The notes: generated by a model from the sequence alone, not told the origin. A DNA stretch of 64,000 nt from an uncultured Chloroflexia bacterium (GCA_963763775.1 CAVXPZ010000001.1:1248001-1312000); one strand, 5' to 3'. Positions 8,195 through 18,381 are shown, counted from the first letter of the stretch. A program made the numbers and translations.

Positions 8195-9675
8195 GCGGCG
8201 CTGAGGAGGACCAGGGCCTGGTCGAGCCGGGCCAGGACGCGATCCCGCCCGAGCGCCACGAGCGTGTCGAAGAGCGGCGGCGTGGCGGTCCGACCGGTGA
8301 CCGCGACCCGGATCGCCATGAACAGGTCGCCGGCCTTCCAGCCGCGGGCCTCGGCGAGCGCCCGGAGCGGCGGCTCGAGCTCGTCCGCCTCGAACGCGAC
8401 GGGGTCCGACTCGGCGATGACCTCGCGGGCCGCAGCCAGCCCCTCGCGGGTCGTCGCCGCGTCCCAGCGCTTCGGGACGAGGGTCGTCGCGTCGAGGCTC
8501 AGGTCCTTGACCCAGAGGAAGCCGACGAGATCGCCGATCGCCCCCAGGGTCGGGATGCGCTCCTGGACGATCGGCAGCAGCGCCCGCAACTCGTCGTCCT
8601 CGGGCATCCAGTCGATCCGGCCGGCCATGAGTTCGGCTTCCACGAACGGCCGAAGCCGGTCGATGAGGTCGTCCGGCTCGAGGCGTCGGATCCACTGCCC
8701 GTTCAGCCACTCGAGCCGCTCGCGGTCGAAGACGGCGCCGCCCTTGTGCACGGCATGGATGTCGAACCGCTCGACGATCTCGTCGAGCGACAGGACCTCC
8801 TCCTCGCTCCCGGTGGCCCAGCCCAGCAGCGCGAGATAGTTGACGATCGCCTCGCGGATGAAGCCCTGCGCGATGTAGTCGCCGACCGCGGTCTGGCTCT
8901 TGCGCTTGCTCATCTTCGATCGATCCGGGTTGAGGATCAGCGGGAGGTGCGCGAAGACCGGCACAGGATGACCGAGCGCGCGGAACAGCAGGATGTGCTT
9001 GGGCGTGTTCGAGAGATGGTCCTCGCCGCGGATCACGTGCGTGATCGCCATCGCCGCATCGTCGACGACCACGGTGAAGTGGTAGAGCGGGTTGCCGTCG
9101 GCGCGGACGATCACGAAGTCACCGCCGAGGTTCGAGACGTCGATCTCGACGTGACCGCGAACGATGTCGTCGAACGCGACGACGCCCTCCCCGACGCGGA
9201 AGCGCAGGGCGCCGCGGCGGCCCTCGGCCTCGCGAGCGACGCGGTCCGCCGAGGTGAGCGTGGCGCATCGCCCGACGTACTTGGGCGGCAGCTTCGCGGC
9301 CTCCTGGGCCTTCCGGTCGGCCTCGAGCTCCTCCGGCAGGCAGTAGCAGGGATAGGCGCGGTCCTCGGCGAGCAGCTGGATGGCGGCCTCGGCGTAGCTC
9401 GGGAGCCGCTGCATCTGCCGATACGGCGCGTACGGCCCGCGGGCCGCCTCACCGGCGACCTCCGGGCCCTCGTCCCAGTGCAGGCCGAGCCAGTGGAGCC
9501 CGTCGAGGATGTCCTTCTCGAACGCGATCGTGCTGCGGACCTGGTCCGTGTCCTCCAGCCGCAGGATGAACGTGCCGCCGACGTGCCGGGCGTGCAGGTA
9601 GTTGAACAGCGCCGTGCGCGCCGTGCCGATATGGAGCGGCCCGGTCGGGCTGGGGGCGATCCGGACGCGGTCCAC
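8191..9675 (-). CDS. gltX: Glutamate--tRNA ligase
   Basis: RIAPSPTGPLHIG (HIGH-like), LRLEDTD, HVIRGEDHLSNTPKH, KMSKR. Confidence 0.96.
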   Translation of the reverse strand: MDRVRIAPSPTGPLHIGTARTALFNYLHARHVGGTFILRLEDTDQVRSTIAFEKDILDGLHWLGLHWDEGPEVAGEAARGPYAPYRQMQRLPSYAEAAIQLLAEDRAYPCYCLPEELEADRKAQEAAKLPPKYVGRCATLTSADRVAREAEGRRGALRFRVGEGVVAFDDIVRGHVEIDVSNLGGDFVIVRADGNPLYHFTVVVDDAAMAITHVIRGEDHLSNTPKHILLFRALGHPVPVFAHLPLILNPDRSKMSKRKSQTAVGDYIAQGFIREAIVNYLALLGWATGSEEEVLSLDEIVERFDIHAVHKGGAVFDRERLEWLNGQWIRRLEPDDLIDRLRPFVEAELMAGRIDWMPEDDELRALLPIVQERIPTLGAIGDLVGFLWVKDLSLDATTLVPKRWDAATTREGLAAAREVIAESDPVAFEADELEPPLRALAEARGWKAGDLFMAIRVAVTGRTATPPLFDTLVALGRDRVLARLDQALVLLSAA

Positions 9676-9683
9676 GGCCGGTG

Positions 9684-10421
9684 TCAGCGCCCCGCGGACG
9701 AGGGGACGGTGTGGAACAGCGCGGGGTCCGCCTCGCCGGGGAGGACCCGCACGAGCGCCGCCGGCCGCAGGCCCAGCGTCGCCCGGCCGCGCGGACCGTC
9801 GAGCGTCAGCGAGTCGAGCGACTCCGAGCGCGCCAGGATCGTGATGTGGGCACCGGGCATCAGCGCGCGGGCCTCGAGGTACGACAGCAGGCCCGGGTCC
9901 TCCTCGGCCTCCTCGGTGATGCGATACACGGTTGCCTTCTCCCCGGCGCCGACCTCGCTCAGACGGATCCCGGCGGGGCGTCGCTTGGCGGTCTCGGCAT
10001 CGATCGGGTTGCCGTGCGGGCAGGTCTCCGGATGGCCGAGCATCTCGTCGAGCCGCGCTTCGACCCGCGGGGAGATGGCGCCCTGGAGCCGCATCGCCTC
10101 GTCGTCGGACTCCGCCCATCCGAGGCCGATGACGGTCGTGAGGAGCCATTCGAGCAGGGCGTGCCGCCGGAAGATCCCGTCAGCCGCCGTCCGGCCCGCG
10201 GCGGTCAGGTGCAGCTCGCGCCCGTCGGCGTGGGCCACGAGGCCGTCCGCGACGAGGCGCCGGAACATCTCGCTCGCGGCCTGGGTGGTCACACCGAGGT
10301 GTCGCGCGATCTGGGCGGCCGTCACGCGGCCGGCCTCGGCCGAACCGGCCATCACGCGCAGTGCGAGCAGGTATTGCTGTGCGGCCGCGGACAGATCGTG
10401 CGGGTCGTGGCGGGGTGGCAT
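9684..10421 (-). CDS. DtxR/MntR-family transcriptional regulator with FeoA/SH3 domain (metal ligands degenerate)
   Basis: wHTH (AQIARHLGVTTQAASEMFRRL), RRHALLEWLL, LGHPETCPHGNPI, C-terminal FeoA-like domain; TATCCT-N6-ATG. Confidence 0.88.
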   Translation of the reverse strand: MPPRHDPHDLSAAAQQYLLALRVMAGSAEAGRVTAAQIARHLGVTTQAASEMFRRLVADGLVAHADGRELHLTAAGRTAADGIFRRHALLEWLLTTVIGLGWAESDDEAMRLQGAISPRVEARLDEMLGHPETCPHGNPIDAETAKRRPAGIRLSEVGAGEKATVYRITEEAEEDPGLLSYLEARALMPGAHITILARSESLDSLTLDGPRGRATLGLRPAALVRVLPGEADPALFHTVPSSAGR

Positions 10422-10425
10422 GGCT

Positions 10426-11852
10426 TCAGGATACGGGACCGCCGGGGCCGACCGGCGACGCCCTGACTCGAAGGCGTCGTGCGACCCCGACCGCGAGGCC
10501 GCCCAGCCAGGCCGCGAGCAGGACCAGGCCGAGGGCCAGGCTGCGATCCGGTGGCGGCTCGCCGCCGTTCGTGGCCGAGAGGATGGCCGCCGCCGGGACG
10601 GCGACGATGGCGACACCGATGGCCGCCGCGGCGGCCAGGGCGGCGAGCCGAGGGACCAGCAGCAGGACCCCGAGCGCGACGAGGGAGAGCACCGGTCCGA
10701 GCAGCGGGTCGGCGCCGTCACAGCTCGCCGAGGCGCGGCCGCACCCGGTGAGCTCGCCGGCGAACCAGCCGAGCCCGACCGCGATCGGCAACCACCCGAC
10801 GATCGCCTGGGCGACGCGCCATCGGCCGCGGGCCGACCGTTCGTCGGTCAGGGCCCGCCCCAGGTCCGTGGCGGCGGCGCCGATGTCGGGCGCCGGCGGG
10901 GGTGGTGGCGGCGGCGCGGCCGTCCACGAGGCGCCGGGCCGTGGCGACGCGCCTGGTCGTGGCTCGACGCCGGGATCGCGCCTGGCGGTCTCCGGCTCCG
11001 GGCCGTCCCCGGCGGCATCCCACCACGACGTCGTCGTGTGGATCGGCTCTGGTCTCGGGCCGGCCGACGGTTCCGACGCGCCACCCGTGGCCGCCTCGGC
11101 GGCCGGAGCAGCCGGCTCGGCGGCCGGCTCGGTGCCGACATCGCCATCGAGTCCGATGTCGACCGGTCCGCCGGGTCGCGCCTGGTCGTCGGCCTCGGCA
11201 CCAGCCCGCCCGCGAGCCGCCCGCCGCGCCCGGGCCTGGTATTCCGGGCCGTGCTTTCGCGGGTCCGCGTACTCCTTCGGGTTGATCGTCCAGTACGTGC
11301 CGCTCGTCGTCCCGTACCAGCTGGCGCCGCTCCAGTCGGGCTCGAACGGCGTGGCGTCGGCGCCGTCGTAGGACGTCGAGCCCAAGGTGGCCTTGCCGCG
11401 CTTTCGCGGCTCCCCGCCGGCACCACGGGTCCCGCCCCCTGCCGACGAGGAACCGGCTCCGGAGGTCGCCCCGCCCGAGGGACCTGCCCGGCCCTGCCCG
11501 AAGGCCCCGCGCCCGACGCGCCTTTGGCCCGCGTGCGGCCATCAGCGCTTTGGCCCGATCCGGCGGGTCGCGTCCGGCGAGCCCGGCCGCCATACGCCCG
11601 ATGCGTCGCATCGGCCCGTGTCGGATCGGCCGCCGAGGCGCGGGACGCGGGGGGTCGGGTCGCGGCCGTGCCCTTGCCGTCGATCAACTGCTCATAGGCG
11701 GCCTGGATCGCGAGGAACCGCGGGAGCGCGGCGGGGCCAGCGGCGTCGGGGTGGTTCTCCTTGGCCAGCCGCCGGTAGGCCGCCTTGACCTCGGCCATCG
11801 AGGCGCCGCGAGGCAATCCCAGCGTGCGATACGGGTCGGCGGCGGGCGACAT
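10426..11852 (-). CDS. Membrane-anchored J-domain protein (frameshifted, ~11390-11560)
   Basis: N-terminus DPYRTLGLPRGASMAEVKAAYRRLAKENHPD; another frame carries WYGTTSGTYWTINPKEYADPRKHGPEYQAR and about 4 C-terminal TM helices. Confidence 0.7.
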
Positions 11853-11951
11853 CAGCGGGTTCGGTGCTCCGGATCGGTCGGGCCTGGTCAGGCCCGGGAG
11901 ACGCCCGGGCGGGCCCTGGGCATGGTCGGCGTCAGCCGGCGAGCCCGGATC

Positions 11952-13094
11952 TCAGCCGATGAGCTCGCCCACGGGCGCCAGCTCGAACTCTGCCACGGCC
12001 TCGGCTCCGATGCGTCCGTGCGGGTCGAGCGACGCGGGCCGGTGGTACCGGGCGAGCGCACGCATCGCCCCGCCGTCGAGGACGCCCGCCTGGCGGAGCG
12101 CCTCCACCGACGCGGCCCACGTGCCGCGATCGTAGCCGTCGCCGTCCTCGATCTTGATGGCCAACCCGGATGGCGCCGTACTCGCCGAGCCGTCGCGCGG
12201 GCCGGCCAGGATGGCGATGGCCCGCAGCGCTTCCATCCCGGCCTTGCTGATCAGGCGTCCCGGGGCGGCCTTCATGACCGACGTGTCCAGGCGATCGTGG
12301 CGACCGCCGATCATCTCCGGCTCGGCGAGCATCGCGTCGCGCATGATCAGGAGCGACGGCGCCAGCTCACTGCGCGGGTCCCGATGCGGGATGCCGTCCG
12401 GGTCGGCGAGCATCGCGTACGCCCTGGCGACGTCTCGGAGCGCGAAGGCGTACGTCTCCACGCCGCACCCATCGATGGCGGTCTGCAGTCGGTCGGGCGT
12501 GGTCCCGTAGGCCCGGGCCACGGCCGATCGGTACGCCACCTGGGACGGATGGCTCGGCTTCCAGTAGTCGACCGGATCCCAGCCCTTGAGCTTCGAGAGC
12601 AACAGCGAGACGGCGTGCTGGCCGGAGCACATATGCCGGATCGGCCCGGCCTTCTCGCCGTCGCGGGCGAGCCGTGCGGCGGTCAGGGCGTCCAGCGGCA
12701 TCCCCTCCGCGCCGCAGGCCAGATGGGCCTGGCTGACCCCCGCTCGGCGGAACATGCTCTGGAGCGTCCGGACGTGGACGTCCTCGCCGGAATGCGAACT
12801 CCCGAGGATCGCGATCTCGTCGCGCTGGAGGTCGAACGCTTCGATGCCGCCGGCCTCGATGAGCGCCACCGCCCCGAACGGCTTCACGGTGGATCGCAGG
12901 GTCACCAGCCGGTCCGGGTCGCCCAGGACGCGGATGAGCTCGCCGGAGGCGTCGGACTCGACGATGTCGCCGCGGTGGACGCTCTCCTCGATGCCGTTGC
13001 GGATCTGTCGGACGAGGATCGGGGTGGTCGCGCTGCGGCGGCCCGCGGCGCGGGCCGTGGGGCGACGAGGACGCGGAGCCGCGGGGGCGGTCAC
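11952..13094 (-). CDS. L-asparaginase II family (Rhizobium AnsA-like) protein
   Basis: RNGIEESVHRG, LRSTVKPF, SSHSGEDVH, HMCSGQH, IDGCGV, SKAGMEA, IKIEDG. Confidence 0.88.
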   Translation of the reverse strand: MTAPAAPRPRRPTARAAGRRSATTPILVRQIRNGIEESVHRGDIVESDASGELIRVLGDPDRLVTLRSTVKPFGAVALIEAGGIEAFDLQRDEIAILGSSHSGEDVHVRTLQSMFRRAGVSQAHLACGAEGMPLDALTAARLARDGEKAGPIRHMCSGQHAVSLLLSKLKGWDPVDYWKPSHPSQVAYRSAVARAYGTTPDRLQTAIDGCGVETYAFALRDVARAYAMLADPDGIPHRDPRSELAPSLLIMRDAMLAEPEMIGGRHDRLDTSVMKAAPGRLISKAGMEALRAIAILAGPRDGSASTAPSGLAIKIEDGDGYDRGTWAASVEALRQAGVLDGGAMRALARYHRPASLDPHGRIGAEAVAEFELAPVGELIG

Positions 13095-13248
13095 GATTCG
13101 AGCGGTCTCCGGGTTGTTCGGTCGGGCACGAGGAACGCGAGGATACCGCGGCGGGGAGCGCCGTGCGTCAGTACGATGTTCGACGACGCCGCCCCCGATG
13201 GGACCGGTCGCGTCCGCTCCCGATGGAACCCGCTCGCTGGAGGCCTCC

Positions 13249-13887
13249 GTGCCCACACCGACCCTCCATGTCTCGCAGCATCCGGCGGTCCTCCACAAGC
13301 TGGCCATCCTCCGCGACGAGAAGACCGAGCCCAAGAAGTTCCGCGAGATCGTCCGCGAGCTGTCATGGCTTCTCGGCTACGAGGCCCTCGCCGATGTCGG
13401 CGTCAGGCCGATCGAGATCCGGACGCCGATGGAGCCGATGACCGCCCACGAACTGGCGGAGCGGGTCGGGTTCGTGCCGATCCTCCGGGCGGGCCTGGGG
13501 ATGGTCGACGCGATGCTCGAGTTGATGCCGACCGCGCAGGTCTGGCATCTGGGCCTGTTCCGGGACGAGCGGACGCTGCGGCCGGTCGAGTACTACAACA
13601 AGCTCCCCGACTCCGCCTCGGTGGACCTGTGCCTGATCCTCGACCCGATGCTCGCCACCGGCGGTTCGGCGACGGCGGCCATCGAGGTGCTCAAGAAGTG
13701 GGGCGCGGTCCGGATCAAGCTCGTGAACCTCATCGCCGCCCCGGAAGGCGTCGAGGCCGTGGCGTCGGCCCATCCCGACGTCGACATCCACTGCGCCGCG
13801 CTGGACCGCGGGCTCAACGAGCGCGGGTACATCCAGCCGGGCCTCGGTGACGCCGGCGATCGGCAATTCGGCACCGGCAACGTCTAG
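13249..13887 (+). CDS. upp: Uracil phosphoribosyltransferase
   Basis: VPILRAGLGM, LDPMLATGGSA, GYIQPGLGDAGDRQFGT; GGAGG RBS. Confidence 0.97.
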   Translation: MPTPTLHVSQHPAVLHKLAILRDEKTEPKKFREIVRELSWLLGYEALADVGVRPIEIRTPMEPMTAHELAERVGFVPILRAGLGMVDAMLELMPTAQVWHLGLFRDERTLRPVEYYNKLPDSASVDLCLILDPMLATGGSATAAIEVLKKWGAVRIKLVNLIAAPEGVEAVASAHPDVDIHCAALDRGLNERGYIQPGLGDAGDRQFGTGNV

Positions 13888-13912
13888 GGCCGACAGGCCC
13901 GAGAGACGAACA

Positions 13913-13942
13913 AGGACGCCGGACCGTGTGGCCCGGCGTCCT
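13913..13942. terminator. Hairpin between convergent genes
   Basis: AGGACGCCGG-N10-CCGGCGTCCT perfect 10-bp inverted repeat. Confidence 0.6.
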
Positions 13943-13977
13943 CGAAGTCCGTTGATGGCTCCCCGATGGAGCCGGGT

Positions 13978-14595
13978 TCAGCCGGCGGCTGGAGCCGCAG
14001 CGTCCGCGGCGGCCGCGGCGGCCTTGATCTCGCCGGCGGTCGCCTCGTCGACCGGGACGGTCTTGACCTCCTCGGCGGCCGGCATCTTCAGGCGGACGTC
14101 CTCGACCTGCGTCGCGGAGACGAGGCACAGGATGCCCGACGTGCCCGGGGTGATGACGTCGGCGAGTTCCTTCTCGGCCTCGACCCGGTGGTACAGGTTG
14201 CGCGCCTTGCCGGCGGCGGCCCCGGCGACGCCGAGCGTGACGGCGCCTGCGACGATCGTCGCCGGCAGGAAGACCCCCGCCACGACACCGCCGACGATGC
14301 CCCACTTGAGGCCCTTGCGGGTGCTGTGCTCGGTCATCTTCTGGATGTGGATCTTGCCGTCCGCGTCACCCTTGGCCACGAGCACGGCGTCGATGTGGAG
14401 CGAGCCGTCGATCTCGGAGGCCAGCAGGTCGTCGTAGATCGCGATCGCGGACTGCTCGTCGGCGAAGCGCGCGACGATCAGGGCATGGTCACCGTCGGTG
14501 GCGACAAGACCCTGGGCGACGACACCCTTGTCGTCCGATACCTCGGCCGCGACGACCACGACATCGTCAGCGGGCGGCGTGTTCTCGTCGGTCAT
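13978..14595 (-). CDS. DUF1269-like membrane protein
   Basis: IDAVLVAKGDADGKIHIQ, Gly-rich hydrophobic hairpin, ITPGTSGILCLV. Confidence 0.75.
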   Translation of the reverse strand: MTDENTPPADDVVVVAAEVSDDKGVVAQGLVATDGDHALIVARFADEQSAIAIYDDLLASEIDGSLHIDAVLVAKGDADGKIHIQKMTEHSTRKGLKWGIVGGVVAGVFLPATIVAGAVTLGVAGAAAGKARNLYHRVEAEKELADVITPGTSGILCLVSATQVEDVRLKMPAAEEVKTVPVDEATAGEIKAAAAAADAAAPAAG

Positions 14596-14618
14596 CGTGA
14601 GATCCCCCTTCTCTTGGT

Positions 14619-15026
14619 TCAGGCGGCCGCAGACGGCTCATCCATGGCGAACGCGGCCTTCACTTCGCTCGTGCTGAGGTACCACAGGATCAGGGCCGGC
14701 ATGATCGCCATCCCGAGCCCGACACCCGTCCCCGGATACTGGAAGAACGCCAGGACGGCTTCGAACAGGCCGAACCCCGCCATGAACATGGCGAAGAACC
14801 GGGCCCACGGCTGGAGCGTCCAGAGACCGAGCGCGGCCAGGAGCCAGATGATCCCGGTCGCGACCGCGAGCCAGCCCCACAGACCGACGTGGTCGAAGGC
14901 CGGGAGGTCGCCGAGCACGCCGAACCAGTCGAAGCCGATGACGCGCAGGCCGAAGAACAGGAAGCCGAAGCCGGCGAGGGCCGCGAAGAAGCCGATGATC
15001 GAGATCAGGATGGGCGGGTTCTTCAT
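14619..15026 (-). CDS. Small 4-TM membrane protein
   Basis: Four hydrophobic helices; GLWTLQPWA and YLSTSEVKAAF; AGGGAG RBS. Confidence 0.75.
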   Translation of the reverse strand: MKNPPILISIIGFFAALAGFGFLFFGLRVIGFDWFGVLGDLPAFDHVGLWGWLAVATGIIWLLAALGLWTLQPWARFFAMFMAGFGLFEAVLAFFQYPGTGVGLGMAIMPALILWYLSTSEVKAAFAMDEPSAAA

Positions 15027-15137
15027 CTGGTGACTCCCTCTCTGTGCATCCCGGGCGGCGCCGAGGCCCGTTCGATGGCGCCGACTGCCACCATCATCTC
15101 AGACTGCGGCAACGTCGTGGCATGCCGGAGTCGCGGT

Positions 15138-16289
15138 CTAGCCGAGGACCGCCCGCAGGGCCCCGTCGAGGTCGGCCCAGAGGTCCTCGACGTTCTCGAT
15201 GCCGACCGACAGGCGACAGAGCGTCGGGCCGACGATGGCGGCGTCGCCGGCGTACCGCGCCCGACGCTCGATCAACGACTCGACGCCGCCCAGGCTCGTC
15301 GCATGGGTGACCAGCCGCAGCCGCGCCAGGACCGCCTCGGTCTGGTCCACGGTGCCGGCGACCTCGAAGGACAGCATCGAGCCCGAGCCGTCCGGCAGGA
15401 CGCGGGAGGCGCGCTCGTGCTGCGCGTCCTCGGGCAAGCCCGGGTAGTTGACGGCCGCGACATGCGGATGCGACGACAGGCGACCGGCCAGCTCGACCGC
15501 CGACGCTTCGGCCCGGTCGAGCCGCACGGCGAGCGTCCGGAGGCCGCGCAGGGCGAGGAACGCCTCGAGCCCGCCGGGGATGGCGCCATGGTCGTGACGG
15601 TGGGTCGTCAGGAAGTCGGCATGCGCCGGGTCCCGACACACCACCGCGCCCAGCAACAGGTCGGAGTGGCCGGCGATGAGCTTCGTGGCGGAGTGCATGA
15701 CGATATCGGCGCCGAGGCCGAGCGGGCGCTGGCGGAGCGGCGTCGCGAACGTCGCATCGACGACCGTGATGGCGCCATGCATACGCGCTCCCGCGGCGAT
15801 CGCGGGGACGTCGGCCACCACCATGAGCGGGTTGGCGATCGACTCCACCCACACCATGTCGGCCCCATCGGCCGCGGCGAGGACCGCGGCCGTGTCGTCC
15901 GCCGGGGTCATCCGAAGGTGCAGGCGGCCGCGGGCCTCCAACCGCTCGAAGATGTTCCGGACACCGAAGTAGGTCACCGTCGACAGCACGACCGTCCCGC
16001 CGACCGGCACGAGATCGGCGATCGCGGTGGTCGCGGCGAGGCCCGACGCGAAGGTCACGGCCCTGCCGCCGTCGAGGGCGCCGAGCGCCGCCTCGAGCGC
16101 GACCCACCCGGCGTTGCCGTCCCGGCCGTACTCGATGGTGGCGTCGTGGACGTACGTGGAGCTCAGCGTGATCGGCGCGTTCATCGGGGCACCGGGCTCG
16201 CGTGCGGGCCGGCCCGCCTGCACCGCGACGGTGTCGGCCGTCCACGCGGGATCCAGGGTCAGGGGCGCGTCGTGCGGCGCGTCGGGCAT
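15138..16289 (-). CDS. Cys/Met metabolism PLP-dependent enzyme (cystathionine gamma-synthase/lyase family)
   Basis: YGRDGN, FASGLAA, VVDATFATP, HSATKLIAGHSD, ATSLGGVESL, RLSVGIE. Confidence 0.92.
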   Translation of the reverse strand: MPDAPHDAPLTLDPAWTADTVAVQAGRPAREPGAPMNAPITLSSTYVHDATIEYGRDGNAGWVALEAALGALDGGRAVTFASGLAATTAIADLVPVGGTVVLSTVTYFGVRNIFERLEARGRLHLRMTPADDTAAVLAAADGADMVWVESIANPLMVVADVPAIAAGARMHGAITVVDATFATPLRQRPLGLGADIVMHSATKLIAGHSDLLLGAVVCRDPAHADFLTTHRHDHGAIPGGLEAFLALRGLRTLAVRLDRAEASAVELAGRLSSHPHVAAVNYPGLPEDAQHERASRVLPDGSGSMLSFEVAGTVDQTEAVLARLRLVTHATSLGGVESLIERRARYAGDAAIVGPTLCRLSVGIENVEDLWADLDGALRAVLG

Positions 16290-16358
16290 GGACTCGGCCT
16301 CCTTGGTGCGTCGGGTGCGCCGATAGAGTGCACCACGGCGCGCGCTGGTTTCCAGGGG

Positions 16359-16417
16359 TTGACAACCGCCCGTTCACGTGTACAGTACCGATAGGTTATA
16401 TAACCACTAGGTACTGT
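16359..16417 (+). promoter_or_regulatory. Sigma70-type promoter with palindromic operator of the ArsR gene
   Basis: TTGACA (16359)-N16-TACAGT (16381); nested inverted repeats ACAGTACC...GGTACTGT with central GGTTATATAACC. Confidence 0.7.
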
Positions 16418-16419
16418 GT

Positions 16420-16804
16420 ATGCAGCCAGCCGATCCGCTCAGCACGACGTTCGCGGCCCTTGCCGACCCGACCCGTCGGGCGATCCTCGCCCGGCTCGCC
16501 GGCGGCGAGGCCTCGGTCACGGAGCTCGCCGCGCCGTTCGACATGACCCAGCCCGCCATCTCCAAGCATCTGCGGGTGCTCGAGCGGGCCGGGCTCATCG
16601 AACAGGGCCGACAGGCGCAGTGGCGGCCCCGACGGCTGCAGGGCCGGCCCGCTGCGCGACATCGCCGACTGGGTGGAGCAATACCGCCGACATTGGGACG
16701 AGAGCTTCGAACGCCTGGACGTGTATCTCCGCGAGGTCCAGGCGGCCGAGCACCAGGAAGGGACAGGAGACCGAGATGACGATGACGCGGGTCGACCGCG
16801 GTAG
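16420..16804 (+). CDS. ArsR/SmtB-family regulator (frameshift ~16642)
   Basis: FAALADPTRRAILARL...TQPAISKHLRVLERAGLI; continues in a shifted frame as PLRDIADWVEQYRRHWDESFERLDVYL. Confidence 0.85.
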
Positions 16805-17277
16805 CACCGCGACGACGACGATCTACTCCGAGGGCGGCGACCTCGTATTCGAGCGCACCTTCGACGCCCCGCGCGAGCGGGTCTGGCAGGCCTTCACCGA
16901 CCCGACGCAGGTCCCCCGCTGGTGGGGCCCGCATGGGACGACGACGGTCGTGGCCGAGATGGACGTCCGGCCCGGCGGCACGTGGCGCTACGTGAGTCGC
17001 GCCCCCGACCGCGACGATGTCGAGTTCTACGGGGAGTACCTCTCGATCGACCCGCCTGCGGCGGTTCGAGTGGACGTTCCTCTTCGACGTCCCGGGGATC
17101 GGCCCGCAGGGCGGCCCCGAGACGCACACGTTCGAGGACGTCGATGGCAAGACGCTCGTGCGGTCGGTCTCCCACTTCGGGTCTCCCGACGTCATCGACG
17201 GCGCTCTGGCGACCGGCATGACCAAGGGCGCGATCGAGACGTGGGACCGGCTCGAGGCGATGCTCGCCGACGGTTGA
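16776..17277 (+). CDS. SRPBCC/AHSA1-family protein (frameshift ~17060)
   Basis: FERTFDAPRERVWQAFTDP...WWGP...MDVRPGGTWRY; C-terminus GMTKGAIETWDRLEAML in a second frame. Confidence 0.85.
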
Positions 17278-17365
17278 TGGAGTGCCGCTGACGGGCCGAC
17301 GAACGCCGGGTGTCCACCGACGTGGCGCCCGGCGTCGGCATGTCCGGGCCGCGGGGGCGGCGGCG

Positions 17366-18325
17366 TCAGGTCGGTCGGTGCACCAGGTCCTGGGCGGCGC
17401 GGACGACCTCCGCCGAGGCGTGCAGCGCCGCGGACTCCGCCGCCGAGAGCGGGAGTCGCAGGATCCCCTGGACGCCACCGGCGCCGATGACCGACGGCAG
17501 GCTGACCGAGACGTCGCCGAGGCCGTAGGCCTCGCCGCCGAGCACGCTCGAGACCGACAGCACCGTGCGCTGGTCGCGGACGATGGCCTCGACGATCCGG
17601 ACGAGCGCCGCCGCCACGGCGTAGTAGGTGGCGCCCTTGCGCTCGATGATCGCGTAGGCCGCGTCCCGCGTCCCGGTGAAGATCCGCTCCCGCTCCTCCG
17701 GACCGAAGGGCACGCCCCGGGCCGCGGCGAGGTCGTCGAGCGGGACGCCGGCGACGTTCGCCGTCGACCACACCGGGACCTCCGAGTCGCCGTGCTCGCC
17801 CACGATGAACGCGTGCACGCTGCGCGGGTCCACGCCGAAGTGGTCGCCCAACGCCGCGCGGAACCGCCCCGTGTCGAGCGTGGTCCCGGACCCGATGACT
17901 CGCTCCGGCGGGAGTCCCGCGATCCGCCACGTCTCGTGCGTGAGGACGTCGACCGGGTTCGTCGTGACGAGGATGATGCCGTCGGGGTTCGCGTGCGCGA
18001 TCCTCGGGATGATCTCGCCGAAGATCGCGGCGTTGCGCCGGACGAGGTCCATCCGCGTCTCCCCCGGGCGCTGCGCGGTCCCGGCGGCGACGATCGTGAT
18101 CTGCGCACCGAGACAGTCGCCGTAGTCGCCGGCCCAGACGTGCGTCGGGCGCGAGAACGGCACCGCGTGGGCGAGGTCCATGGCCTCGCCTTCGGCCCGT
18201 TTCGTGTTCGCGTCGATCAGGACGATCTCGGCGGCGAGCCCGGACAGGAGCAGGGCGTACGCCGCGGTCGCACCGACGTTGCCGGCGCCGACGATCGCGA
18301 CCTTGGTGGGGCGTCGGGTGACCAT
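17366..18325 (-). CDS. ldh: L-lactate dehydrogenase
   Basis: IVGAGNVG, AQRPGETRMDL (Gln specificity residue), GSGTTLDTGR, GEHGDS, IIERKGATYY. Confidence 0.93.
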   Translation of the reverse strand: MVTRRPTKVAIVGAGNVGATAAYALLLSGLAAEIVLIDANTKRAEGEAMDLAHAVPFSRPTHVWAGDYGDCLGAQITIVAAGTAQRPGETRMDLVRRNAAIFGEIIPRIAHANPDGIILVTTNPVDVLTHETWRIAGLPPERVIGSGTTLDTGRFRAALGDHFGVDPRSVHAFIVGEHGDSEVPVWSTANVAGVPLDDLAAARGVPFGPEERERIFTGTRDAAYAIIERKGATYYAVAAALVRIVEAIVRDQRTVLSVSSVLGGEAYGLGDVSVSLPSVIGAGGVQGILRLPLSAAESAALHASAEVVRAAQDLVHRPT

Positions 18326-18381
18326 CCCGGGAGTCTAGCGGCGAGCGCGGGCCGCGGTCAGCGACGGCTTGCCTCACCGCC

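Noticed and set aside
8746-11697. 983-aa plus-strand ORF and other long antisense ORFs (for example 11550-13850, 45855-48086, 49796-52315)
   Set aside because: They are shadows of well-supported genes on the opposite strand. They are Arg/Gly/Pro-rich, have no motifs, and are expected at this GC content.
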